Part shown: positions 34,459 to 44,507 of the stretch, piece after piece
Layout of the letters: every line of letters begins with the position of its first letter
Position numbering within the stretch: position 1 is the stretch's first letter
DNA from: Solirubrobacterales bacterium
GTDB lineage: Bacteria > Actinomycetota > Thermoleophilia > Solirubrobacterales > 70-9
DNA length: 64,000 nt
Direction: 5' to 3'
Assembly (NCBI GenBank): GCA_025450585.1
Contig: JANWHD010000017.1
Location: 33,668 to 97,667 of the forward strand
Made by a program: the position numbers and the translations under genes
The notes under the pieces: generated by a model
The model's database searches: none
Told to the model about the DNA's origin: nothing
Seen by the model: only the letters and a program-made list of their open reading frames with translations

Positions 34459-36177
34459 TTAAGGCAGAAGATCGGCCGACTTCGAACCCTTTCTTGCCCT
34501 CCTGGTAAACGAACGTCCACGCACCGCCAGTCTCGCAACCTTCGTACTCGGTTCTCCGCCGGTCGGAGTGAACGTGGCCACTGCCTCAAACCTCAGCGGT
34601 CTCCCAGCCTTGAGTCGCAATCTCGCCTTTCTCGTCAGACGCAGAGGGACCCACACGGTTCCGGGGCCGCCCGAGGCGCTGGACGGCCTTATCGCTCTCT
34701 TGAAGCGGTCACGCGATGCTCGTCGTTTCGGGTGCCGAGACAGGCGGGCGACCACGCGCACCCTTCCCGCCGAGGACAGCGTGATCTTTAGCTTTTGCTT
34801 TTTCACCCGACCGATCCTGAATTCATTTGACGGCTTGGGCTGGGGTTCCGAGGACAGCGGTTCGGGGCGCGAGCAGAAGATCAGTTCGATGCGAGAAACC
34901 AACCCCGTTTCTCCGGCTTCTTCGTCTCGGACCACCAGGTTCCAGGTTCCGTTGATCTGCTGGCTGTTGAGCCAATTGCTTTCATCGCCAATAGGAGGCT
35001 GTACTATCACTGGATTCACCGACACCGTGCTCGAGTCGGCCGCGTAAGGATCGAAGCGCTCAACCATGTGGGGTTCGATTGAACCTCGACGAAGTCGCAA
35101 TGGTATTTCGGAGCGGCTAGGCGTCCAAAGCGAGATCGCCAAATCTTGCATTCGCGGATGGGTCAGTTCGAGCCCAACGGCCGCTCGGCTGATCGTGTCG
35201 CCATCCGTTACCGGGATCGGGAAGGCGACTCCTCCCCAATCAGGAATCGTTCCCGGAGACGGCGTGCTTGTGTATGTCCGGCATCTCGGTTCTTCGGCTG
35301 GCAGAATGGTGGCTGAGAGACGATAGGTCGCTTCCGGGCCGCCTTCTCCTCCTTCGGCTGTAGTGACGACGGCGTAATAGGTACCGCCCTTCAAGACCGT
35401 GAACTCATACGCGTCTGAAGGCACTCCGTACGGTTCCCTGTTGTGGACGGCAGAGATGTATCCGGGTTCGCCCAACAAGCCGAACCCTAGACTGCCATTG
35501 AAGCTCTTGCCATCACGCTCGAGATCAAGGTCCAGTGAGAGGAAAACGGTATCGCCGGCCTGTAGTTGCATGGCGAAGTAGTCGCGGTCTGGCGGATCTT
35601 GCCTGCCAGAGACGTAACCGCTGGCAAGAGAATCAGCGGTTTTGAGGGTGCTATTGGGCTCACTCTCCGGGACTGGACTCCCAGATCGCAACTGCAGATA
35701 GAGATCGTAGGGGACTACTTCGCCGCCAAGCGATGGATCGGTCACCTTCAGGTAATAAGTACCGCTTACCGGAATAGTCGCGCCGGCGATGCTTGAGGCA
35801 CTAAAGGCGCCATCGCCATTGTCAGTCTCGATCACCGATTTGCCGTCTGGCGCGACTAGAGTGAGCTGTGTTTCACCAAAGTTGCCCAACGCATTTGTCA
35901 CTGTCGCGGTGAAGACTCGGTCTCCGGCATTTGCACTGAAACTGTAAACATCAACGTCTCCGGCTGGGGAGACACTTCCCCGGATCCGCTCCCCACTCGT
36001 GATCGGAGTGGCGGTCGCAGGAGTGTCGTTTGGCTCTTGCTCAAAGGCCGGCATCGAGGGCAGGGTTGTGGGAGTGAGAGTCGCTTCTTCAGCCAGCGCA
36101 GGCGTTGACGAAGCCAGTAGTGATACCGCTACGAGCACGACTGCTAGCCCGATTACTCGCAATCCCCTCCGTGTCAC
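34459..36177 (-). CDS. Secreted protein with two PPC (pre-peptidase C-terminal)-like domains and a proprotein-convertase P-domain; no catalytic domain seen
   Basis: GTG at 36177 precedes the signal peptide (TRRGLRVIGLAVVLVAVSLLASSTPALA). PPC motifs EQEPNDTPATATPI...GDVDVYSF and ESEPNSTLKTAD...DRDYFAM. P-domain-like ...AAVGLELTHPRMQDLAISLWTPSRSE.... Confidence 0.65.
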   Translation of the reverse strand: MTRRGLRVIGLAVVLVAVSLLASSTPALAEEATLTPTTLPSMPAFEQEPNDTPATATPITSGERIRGSVSPAGDVDVYSFSANAGDRVFTATVTNALGNFGETQLTLVAPDGKSVIETDNGDGAFSASSIAGATIPVSGTYYLKVTDPSLGGEVVPYDLYLQLRSGSPVPESEPNSTLKTADSLASGYVSGRQDPPDRDYFAMQLQAGDTVFLSLDLDLERDGKSFNGSLGFGLLGEPGYISAVHNREPYGVPSDAYEFTVLKGGTYYAVVTTAEGGEGGPEATYRLSATILPAEEPRCRTYTSTPSPGTIPDWGGVAFPIPVTDGDTISRAAVGLELTHPRMQDLAISLWTPSRSEIPLRLRRGSIEPHMVERFDPYAADSSTVSVNPVIVQPPIGDESNWLNSQQINGTWNLVVRDEEAGETGLVSRIELIFCSRPEPLSSEPQPKPSNEFRIGRVKKQKLKITLSSAGRVRVVARLSRHPKRRASRDRFKRAIRPSSASGGPGTVWVPLRLTRKARLRLKAGRPLRFEAVATFTPTGGEPSTKVARLAVRGRSFTRRARKGSKSADLLP

Positions 36178-36440
36178 CTCGATGAGCTTACTCGGTCGGT
36201 GGCCAGCCGTCGGTCTAAGGGTGGCGATTCCTGTCGGCACCAGACGACCGTTCGGACGGAGAGCGCTTGAAGAACTCTTCCAAAGCTCCTCCCCACCCGT
36301 TGATATGGCCCGCCCACGTCTTCTTATGGCATGTAGCCAGCGTGGTTCCGCTTCGCGCGTTTTGCGAGCGCGTTGACGTGCGCAAGTCGCGCGCTCCCGC
36401 AACGGGACGAGAACCAACCGCCTCAGTCGGCAGGGTGCGT

Positions 36441-36719
36441 CTAGAACTCGACCTCGACCTCGAACTCCGTCGTCTTCGGTGGGCCCGGCAAAACGGACCC
36501 CCCTCCCTGGAAAGCGGGCAGCAGCGTCTCGTCGCGGAACTTCTCCCAGATCTCCTTCGACTCCCAGACCGCGACGACGACCCAGCCGTTCGCGCTCGGC
36601 CCGGCGTAGTGATGCGTCTGGCCGGCGGGCAGGCCACCAGCCGGGTGCACCACAGCGGTGGTGGCGTCGTACTGCTCCCTAGTACCACCCTCGAAATCGT
36701 TGACGATCACGTACGCCAT
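36441..36719 (-). CDS. Small hypothetical protein (possibly a ferredoxin-like/ABM fold)
   Basis: Internal Met at 36719 of ORF 36441..36995 (MAYVIVNDFEGGTREQYD...VWESKEIWEKF...). Confidence 0.45.
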   Translation of the reverse strand: MAYVIVNDFEGGTREQYDATTAVVHPAGGLPAGQTHHYAGPSANGWVVVAVWESKEIWEKFRDETLLPAFQGGGSVLPGPPKTTEFEVEVEF

Positions 36720-36928
36720 CTCATCCTCCAGTTCGTTGCGGGTTCGCCGGGCGGATTCCCCCGACTGAGCCACGGTAGTCCATGAATGGGGTTTGTGTGA
36801 GTCCGTGGACGAGGGGTCGACGGGCGGACTATGGGTCGCCTGAACAAGCTGTTGGCCGTGGTTTGCCCCTGGCACGTCACGTTGTTTGCACGGATGGCAA
36901 GCGGCCGGGGGGCAACTAGCCTCCGACA

Positions 36929-37405
36929 ATGTGTGCTCATCTTCGCTCGGTGCCGGATCTCGCCGGGAGCGATCCAAGCCGTCGGTCCGCCTCATCGATC
37001 ACCGTGGTACTGGCTGACGCTCATGCCTTGACGCGTCGTGGTCTACGGCAGCTACTCGAAGGCGCGGAGGGCATCGAGGTGATCGCCGAGGCAAACGACC
37101 TGGCGTCCACCATGCACCATGTTCGTGACAAGAAGCCCAACGTGCTCGCCCTCGACCTCCGCATGTCCGAGGACGCCCGCGAAGTGCTGATCGGTGCGCT
37201 CCGCGAGCTGACACTTGACACCCGGGTGGTGGTCCTGACGATGCAGGAGAGTCCCAAGTTCGCTCAGCGCGCCCTCGCAGACGGCGCGCTCGGCATCGTC
37301 CGAAAGGAGCACGCCGACTATGAGCTGCCGCAAGCGGTTCGCGCTGTCGCCGGAGGCGAAATCTACGTCAGCCCACAGATCGGCGGTGGAAGGGGCTTGC
37401 GCTAG
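36929..37405 (+). CDS. NarL/LuxR-type response-regulator receiver domain without an output domain (possibly truncated)
   Basis: ...VVLADAHALTRRGLRQLLE...VLALDLRM...VVVLTMQESP...ALADGALGIVRKE...GGEIYVSPQI then a stop. The start is uncertain (GTG at 37004 is possible). Confidence 0.6.
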   Translation: MCAHLRSVPDLAGSDPSRRSASSITVVLADAHALTRRGLRQLLEGAEGIEVIAEANDLASTMHHVRDKKPNVLALDLRMSEDAREVLIGALRELTLDTRVVVLTMQESPKFAQRALADGALGIVRKEHADYELPQAVRAVAGGEIYVSPQIGGGRGLR

Positions 37406-38541
37406 GACGTGGCCTGCTCGATCAGGACTTCGAGGGTGTCGTCGCTTCCATCCAAAGAAGAAGCCACCCCGATGCTGGTTGTGTCTTCGGGGTAGCGCTC
37501 GGCAATTTCAGAGCACGCTTCGGAGAGCCAGCGCCGCACCTCCTCGGAGTCGACCTCGGCGAGAGCGCAGACGAACTCACTCTCGCTCCAGCGAACAATC
37601 GGGTCAAAGGGACGGAGCCTCCCCCACAGGGCGAGGAAGAGATCGCGAGCCAAGGCGGCAAGAGCCGCGTCGTCCTGACGTTGCTCGGCCTGGGAGATCT
37701 TCTCGAACGTAACGACGGCGATCGCCAGCGTGCTGCCCATGCCTTGAGCACGCTCGAGCTCATGGTGCAAGAGCATCTCGCCGAGCCGCCGCCCGTAGGC
37801 GCCGGTCGACTCGTCCCTATGGGAGCGTTCGATCTCGGCCATCAACAGCTCGCGGTCGCCGGTGGCCTCCTGGCGGTCGAGTGCCGCTTCCTCGCGGTCG
37901 CGAGCGGCGCGCCGGCGGTCCTCGGCGGCCCGTGCCCTGGCGGCGGCGGCGCTGACCCTCGCCACTGCCGCCACCTTGGCGGCGGGGCTGCCCTTGCCGA
38001 GTTGGCCTGCCATCTCCTCGGCGGCCATGTCCACCTCCTCGGCCTCGCGGTCGCGAGCGGCGGCCACCTCGTCGCGGTGGTGGGCCATCTCGTCGCGGCG
38101 CCATGCCTGCTCGTGGCGTTCGGCTGCGACCTGGGCGCGAACCGCGGTCGTCGCCATCCGGGCCATCGTCCCCTCGCCCCGGCCGGCCTTGGCCAGCTCG
38201 TGTGCGCGTAGCTGGCCCGAACCGGCGGCGGGGTCGGCCCCCAGCTCGCGGTCGGCGATGACTTGGTCGCGGTCGGAGACGCGCTGGTCGGCGTCTGAAG
38301 CCGCCTGATCGCGCTCGGACATGCTCTGGTCGGCGTCAGATGCGGTCTGGTCGGCGTCGGAGGCCGTCTGGTCTCGATCCGATGCGGTCTGATCGGCTTC
38401 GAGTTGGCCGGAGCGCCGGCGCCACGGAACTCGTGATCTGATGTTGCTCCCTCTCTCGACCGACTGGGCTGCCCTGAGCCAGGCCTTACCGATCGGCCGT
38501 TCATCAACACTAACAGTGCTGACCGAACGGCATTCCTTCAA
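37402..38541 (-). CDS. Coiled-coil protein with heptad DQ(T/A)ASDA repeats and a degenerate GGDEF-like C-terminal domain
   Basis: 379-aa ORF. The C-terminus ...DESTGAYGRR...LAIAVVTFEKI...IVRWSESEFVCAL... has RWSESEF in place of RxGGDEF. Confidence 0.6.
   Translation of the reverse strand: MKECRSVSTVSVDERPIGKAWLRAAQSVERGSNIRSRVPWRRRSGQLEADQTASDRDQTASDADQTASDADQSMSERDQAASDADQRVSDRDQVIADRELGADPAAGSGQLRAHELAKAGRGEGTMARMATTAVRAQVAAERHEQAWRRDEMAHHRDEVAAARDREAEEVDMAAEEMAGQLGKGSPAAKVAAVARVSAAAARARAAEDRRRAARDREEAALDRQEATGDRELLMAEIERSHRDESTGAYGRRLGEMLLHHELERAQGMGSTLAIAVVTFEKISQAEQRQDDAALAALARDLFLALWGRLRPFDPIVRWSESEFVCALAEVDSEEVRRWLSEACSEIAERYPEDTTSIGVASSLDGSDDTLEVLIEQATS
38242..38409 (-). repeat. About 8 tandem copies of a 21-bp coding repeat
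   Basis: On the + strand the units are CTGGTCGGCGTCTGAAGCCGC, CTGATCGCGCTCGGACATGCT, CTGGTCGGCGTCAGATGCGGT, CTGGTCGGCGTCGGAGGCCGT, CTGGTCTCGATCCGATGCGGT, and so on. They encode the DQTASDA heptads. Confidence 0.85.
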
Positions 38542-38545
38542 TCAG

Positions 38546-39118
38546 TCATTTTCGGTCGCGTGGATCTCCCAGCTCCAGCTCGTACTCGACCCACTCGCTG
38601 CGCTGGGCGCCGGTTGAATCGTAGAGGCGCTGGGCCTCCTGGTTGTCCGGGCGGGTGGACCACTCGAGGTGATGGGCTCCACGTTCGCGGGCGACGTCGG
38701 CGCTGGCCTCGATCAGAGCCCGGCCAATTCCTTGGCCTCGCAGGCCCTCGTCGACGTAGAGGTCGTTCATGAGGACGGTTTCCATCGCCCTGGTTGAGGA
38801 GAAGTGCCAGTAGAGGCAGGCGTATCCGACGAGGTCGTCGCCTCGCCAGGCGCCGATCAGCATTCCGTCCTCGCTGGGGGCGATGAAGCGCCGAAAGAAA
38901 GCGCGGTTGCGAGCGGTCCGCGGGTTGTTTTCTCCGTAGAAAGCCTGGTAGGCAGCGATCATCGGCAGCAGCTGCTCGAACTGCCTTTCGAGGATCGGCT
39001 GGATTCGAAGCTCTCCCGGCACCCCCTCCAACCGTACCCGGCTACGCAAGGTCGCAGCCAGGGAAAGGGACGGGGGGATCGGCGACGTAAAGACCGGCAC
39101 CGACAGGCCGGCTTGCAC
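38546..39118 (-). CDS. GNAT family N-acetyltransferase
   Basis: ...[13 protein letters not shown]...[39 protein letters not shown]...AQRLYDSTG. The true start is probably internal. Confidence 0.75.
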   Translation of the reverse strand: MQAGLSVPVFTSPIPPSLSLAATLRSRVRLEGVPGELRIQPILERQFEQLLPMIAAYQAFYGENNPRTARNRAFFRRFIAPSEDGMLIGAWRGDDLVGYACLYWHFSSTRAMETVLMNDLYVDEGLRGQGIGRALIEASADVARERGAHHLEWSTRPDNQEAQRLYDSTGAQRSEWVEYELELGDPRDRK

Positions 39119-39180
39119 CCACCTTTAAGCTTTGGACGCGAGCCGGAGGCAACCCACTGCCCCGCAAGGAGGGGATTCCG

Positions 39181-40467
<1,287 letters not shown>

Positions 40468-40478
40468 ACTCGGCGCTC

Positions 40479-43037
40479 GTGAGCGAGCGCCGCAAGACCC
40501 TCGAGGAGAAGACCCGCTTCGACCCGCACGAGGTCGAGGCGCGGATCTTCTCGGAATGGATGGAGGCGGGCTATTTCCATCCGCCGGCCGAGGGGGCGCC
40601 CGAGGAGAACTTCTCGGTGGCGATCCCGCCGCCGAACGTGACCGGCGCGCTGCACATGGGGCACGCCCTCAACGGCTCGATGCAGGACGCGCTGGTGCGG
40701 ATGAACCGGATGCGCGGTCGCAACGCGCTCTGGATTCTCGGCACCGACCACGCCGGGATCGCCACCCAGTCGGTGGTCGAGAAGATGCTGCGCTCCGAAG
40801 GCACGTCCCGCCACGACCTCGGCCGGGAGAAGTTCGTCGAGTGCGTCTGGGAGTGGCGCGAGGAGTACGGCTCGCGGATCGTCGAGCAGTACAAGCGGCT
40901 CGGCGCCTCCTGCGACTACGAGCGCGAGCGCTTCACCCTCGACGAGGGCTACGTGAAAGCGGTGTACAGGGTCTTCAAGCAGCTCTTCGACAAGGGCTAC
41001 ATCTACCGCGACAACTACATGGTCAACTGGGATCCGGGCTCGCACTCGGCGATCTCCGACCTCGAGGTCGAGAACCGCGAGGTCGAGGACACCCTCTACT
41101 CGGTCGCCTACCCCGTCGAGGGCTCCGACCGGGTTCTCACCGTCGCCACCGTGCGCCCGGAGACGATGCTCGCCGACACCGCCGTCGCCGTGAGCCCCGG
41201 CGACGAGCGCTACGCCGACCTCGTCGGCAAGCACTGCGTCCTTCCCCTGGTCGGCCGCCGGCTGCCGATCGTCGCCGACGAGCACGTCGATCCCGAGTTC
41301 GGCACCGGGGCGCTGAAGATCACCCCCGGGCACGACCCCAACGACTTCGAGATCGGCCGCAAGCACGGACTGGAGGAGATCGTTGCGATCGGCCCCGACG
41401 GCCGTCTCACTGAGGAGGCGGGGGAGAGGTTCGCCGGGATGACCGCGGCCGAGGCGCAGGAGGCCGTCGTCGCGGCGCTTCGCGAGGAGGGCGCGCTGCG
41501 CGCCGAAGAGGCCTACGTCCACTCCGTCCCCTTCTCGCACCGCTCGGGAGAGCGGATCGAGCCCTTGATCTCCCTGCAGTGGTTCTGCCGCATGGACGAG
41601 CTCGCGGCACCGGCAATCAAGGCAGTGGAAAGCGACCGGGTGAAGATCGCCCCGGCCCAGTGGAAGCGCGTCTACCTCGACTGGATGCGCGAGATCCGCC
41701 CCTGGTGCATCTCGCGCCAGCTCTGGTGGGGACACCGCATACCGGTCTGGTACTGCGACCCCTGCGAGGAAACGATCGTCGCCGAGCGGGCGCCAGAGCG
41801 CTGCGGTGCCTGCGGCGGCGAGCTGCGCCAGGAGGAGGACGTGCTGGACACCTGGTTCAGCTCGGCGATCTGGCCCTTCGCCACGCTCGGCTGGCCCGAC
41901 GACACCCCGGAGCTGCGCGCCTTCTACCCGACCAGCTTCCTCACGACCGCGCGCGAGATCCTCTTCCTCTGGGTGGCGCGGATGATCATGACCGGCATCG
42001 AGTTCGCCGGCGACGTGCCCTTCGACGACGTCTACGTGCACTCGGTGATCCAGGCGCGCGATGGGCGCCGCATGTCGAAGAGCCTCGGCACCGGGATCGA
42101 CCCGCTGGACGAGATCGACGTGCACGGGGCCGACGCGCTGCGCTTCGGCCTGCTGGCGATGTCCTCGACTCAGGACGTGCGCTACTCCGACGCCAAGGTC
42201 CAGCAGGGGCGCGATCTGGCGAACAAGCTCTGGAACGCCAGCCGCCTGATCCTGCTGAATGCGGCCGAGGTCGAGTCAAAGCCGCAACCGCTGCGAGTCG
42301 AGGACCGCTGGATCCTCTCGCGGATGGAGCGGACGATCGCCTCGGTGACCGGGAAGCTCGACACCTACGACTTCGCCCACGCGGCCACCGAGGCCTACGC
42401 CTTCTTCTGGTCTGAGCTCTGCGACTGGTACCTGGAGATCGCCAAGCCCCGCCTCTACGAGGGCGAGCCGGAGGTGTCGGCCAACCTGCTCTGGCTGCTG
42501 GAGCGAACGCTGACCCTGCTGCACCCGCTGATGCCGTTCGTCACCGAGGAGGTCTGGTCCTACCACCCCTCGCGCGAAGGGCACCTCGCGGTGCACCGGT
42601 TCCCCGAGGCGGACGGCTCGCTCTTCGACGAGGAGGCCGAAGCCGAGGTCGAGCGCGGGATCGAGCTGACCCGCCGGCTGCGCGCTTGGCGCGACATGGT
42701 CGAGGCGCCCGCCGCCAGCCAGCTCTCCGCCCGCGTCGAGGGGCCCCGCCCACAGGAGTTTGTCGGACGCCTCGCCCGCGTCGAGTTCACCGACGACGGT
42801 GGTGACCCGATCGCCTCCGTCGGTCCGGTCAGGGTGCTCGCCTCGGCCGAGATCGACGCCGGCGCGATCGCGGCGCGCCTGAAGAAGCGCCGTGCGGAGC
42901 TGCGCTCGGAGGTCTCCCGCGCAGAGGGCAAGCTGGCCAACGAGAAGTTCGTCGCCAAGGCCCCGGCCGAGCTGGTCGAGGAGGAGCGGGGCAAGCTGGA
43001 GCGCTACCGGGCCGAGCTCGAGGAGCTCAGCGAATAG
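40479..43037 (+). CDS. valS: Valine--tRNA ligase
   Basis: 852-aa ORF with a GTG start, HIGH-type motif (PNVTGALHMGH), KMSKS and a C-terminal coiled coil. Confidence 0.95.
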   Translation: MSERRKTLEEKTRFDPHEVEARIFSEWMEAGYFHPPAEGAPEENFSVAIPPPNVTGALHMGHALNGSMQDALVRMNRMRGRNALWILGTDHAGIATQSVVEKMLRSEGTSRHDLGREKFVECVWEWREEYGSRIVEQYKRLGASCDYERERFTLDEGYVKAVYRVFKQLFDKGYIYRDNYMVNWDPGSHSAISDLEVENREVEDTLYSVAYPVEGSDRVLTVATVRPETMLADTAVAVSPGDERYADLVGKHCVLPLVGRRLPIVADEHVDPEFGTGALKITPGHDPNDFEIGRKHGLEEIVAIGPDGRLTEEAGERFAGMTAAEAQEAVVAALREEGALRAEEAYVHSVPFSHRSGERIEPLISLQWFCRMDELAAPAIKAVESDRVKIAPAQWKRVYLDWMREIRPWCISRQLWWGHRIPVWYCDPCEETIVAERAPERCGACGGELRQEEDVLDTWFSSAIWPFATLGWPDDTPELRAFYPTSFLTTAREILFLWVARMIMTGIEFAGDVPFDDVYVHSVIQARDGRRMSKSLGTGIDPLDEIDVHGADALRFGLLAMSSTQDVRYSDAKVQQGRDLANKLWNASRLILLNAAEVESKPQPLRVEDRWILSRMERTIASVTGKLDTYDFAHAATEAYAFFWSELCDWYLEIAKPRLYEGEPEVSANLLWLLERTLTLLHPLMPFVTEEVWSYHPSREGHLAVHRFPEADGSLFDEEAEAEVERGIELTRRLRAWRDMVEAPAASQLSARVEGPRPQEFVGRLARVEFTDDGGDPIASVGPVRVLASAEIDAGAIAARLKKRRAELRSEVSRAEGKLANEKFVAKAPAELVEEERGKLERYRAELEELSE

Positions 43038-43096
43038 ATCCGCAGGCCTACCTCGACTCGCTGGAGCCGGTCGGCTGGAAGCTCGGCCTGGAGCGG

Positions 43097-44290
43097 ATGC
43101 ACCGGCTCAGCACCGCCCTCGGACTGCCCCAGCACCGTTTCGCCTCGATCCACGTCGTCGGCACCAACGGCAAGTCCTCGGTGGCGCGGATGATCGCGGC
43201 TCTGCTGGAGGCGCATGGCGTGCGCTGCGGCGCCTGCATCTCGCCCCACGCCTCGCGCTGGTCCGAACGGGTGCTGATCGGGGGAGCCGAGATCGGCGAG
43301 GCGGAGTTCGGCACGGCGGTCGAGCGGACGGCGCAGGCGGCCGAGACGGTCAACCGCAGCCTGGAGGAGGGCGAGGAGGTGACCCAGTTCGAGGTCGCCA
43401 CCGCGGCCGCCTTCGTTGCCTTCGCAGCCGCCAGGGTCGATGCCGCGGTCGTGGAGGCCGGCCTCGGGGGGAGGCTGGACGCGACCAACACGATTCCGTC
43501 GAAAGTCACGGTCCTGACCTCGATCGGGCTGGACCACACGGCCTGGCTGGGGGAGACCGAGCTCGAGATCGCCGCCGAGAAGCTCGCCGTGCTGCGCGAC
43601 TACACGATCCTGGTGCGAGGCCGGCTCAGCCCGGAGGTGGTGGGCCTGGCCGAGCGAACCGCCGGGGAACGCGGCGCCAGGCTGGTCGTCGCCCCTGAAG
43701 ACCCCGGCCAGGGCGTCGAGCTGCGCGCGGCGGGCGCCTTCCAGCGCCGCAACTTCGCCCTTGCCTGCGCCGCCGCCGAGGTCTTCCTGGGAGGACTCGA
43801 CGCCTCACTCGCCGCCGAGGTCGCGGCAACCCTGACCGTGCCGGGTCGCCTCGAGCGCGTCGCCGACGACCCACCGGTGCTGCTCGACGTCGCCCACAAC
43901 CCCGACGGCGCCACCGCGCTTGCCGAGGGACTGGGCGAAGTCGGCGCCGGCCGCCCGGTCGTCGCCTGCATCGCCGTCCTCGCCGAAAAGGACGCGGAGG
44001 CGATGATCGCCGCCCTCGCCCCCGCCGTAACCCACCTCGTCTGCACCGAACTCCCCGCCGACGGGCCGAAATCCGGAAGCATGTTCCGGATTTCGGCCCG
44101 TCGGCGGTCGTTGGGGGCGGGGGAGCTGGTCGCGGCCGCCAGGGGGACAGGGGTCGAGGTCGAGGCGATCGAGGACTTCGGGACCGCGGTGGCGCGAGCT
44201 CGCGACCTGGCTCGCGAACTCGGCGGGGTGCTGCTCGTCACCGGGTCGCACTACGTGCTGGCTCCCGCCCGTGCGGCGCTGGGCGTCTGA
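43097..44290 (+). CDS. folC: Bifunctional folylpolyglutamate synthase/dihydrofolate synthase
   Basis: HVVGTNGKSS P-loop and Mur-ligase-type domains. Homology-like sequence (AYLDSLEPVGWKLGLER) continues in frame upstream of the ATG, so the real start may be CTG 43061. Confidence 0.85.
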   Translation: MHRLSTALGLPQHRFASIHVVGTNGKSSVARMIAALLEAHGVRCGACISPHASRWSERVLIGGAEIGEAEFGTAVERTAQAAETVNRSLEEGEEVTQFEVATAAAFVAFAAARVDAAVVEAGLGGRLDATNTIPSKVTVLTSIGLDHTAWLGETELEIAAEKLAVLRDYTILVRGRLSPEVVGLAERTAGERGARLVVAPEDPGQGVELRAAGAFQRRNFALACAAAEVFLGGLDASLAAEVAATLTVPGRLERVADDPPVLLDVAHNPDGATALAEGLGEVGAGRPVVACIAVLAEKDAEAMIAALAPAVTHLVCTELPADGPKSGSMFRISARRRSLGAGELVAAARGTGVEVEAIEDFGTAVARARDLARELGGVLLVTGSHYVLAPARAALGV

Positions 44291-44314
44291 AGCCCTGTGC
44301 GAGGATTGGGGCCG

Positions 44315-44443
44315 ATGGAGACCAAGGGCAAGAGCGCGGGCACGGAACTGCTCTCGATGATGGCCCTGGTTGCCGGGGTCGTCGCGGCCGTGATCCTCGT
44401 CTTCTTCGGTCTCGGCTACCTGTTCGGCAGTCTCTTCCTCTAG
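44315..44443 (+). CDS. Possible 42-aa single-pass membrane peptide
   Basis: METKGKSAGTELLSMMALVAGVVAAVILVFFGLGYLFGSLFL. It is below the ORF-track length cutoff. Confidence 0.3.
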   Translation: METKGKSAGTELLSMMALVAGVVAAVILVFFGLGYLFGSLFL

Positions 44444-44507
44444 CCCGCGAGGGTTAGCCGGCCCGGCGGCGAAGTAGACTGCCCGGCCTCCCCCCGGGGT
44501 CCCAGCC

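Larger units (their letters stand above)
24437..39120. other. Accessory genomic island inserted between clpP/M23 and clpX (boundaries approximate)
   Basis: The region has visibly more A/T and more A/T-ending codons. Its genes are hypothetical, defence-like, paralogous or frameshifted, and it interrupts the normally adjacent clpP-clpX pair. No integrase or flanking direct repeats were found by eye. Confidence 0.5.

Noticed and set aside
38242-38409. CRISPR-like regular repeats here and in the rplU tail at 53900-54165
   Set aside because: The units are contiguous with no spacers, in frame and coding (heptad and PAKK repeats). No cas genes are present.
24437-39120. Calling the island a prophage or integrative element
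   Set aside because: Only a RusA-like gene is phage-associated. I found no integrase, terminase, capsid or tail genes, no transposase and no att-like direct repeats, so it is left as an unclassified accessory island.
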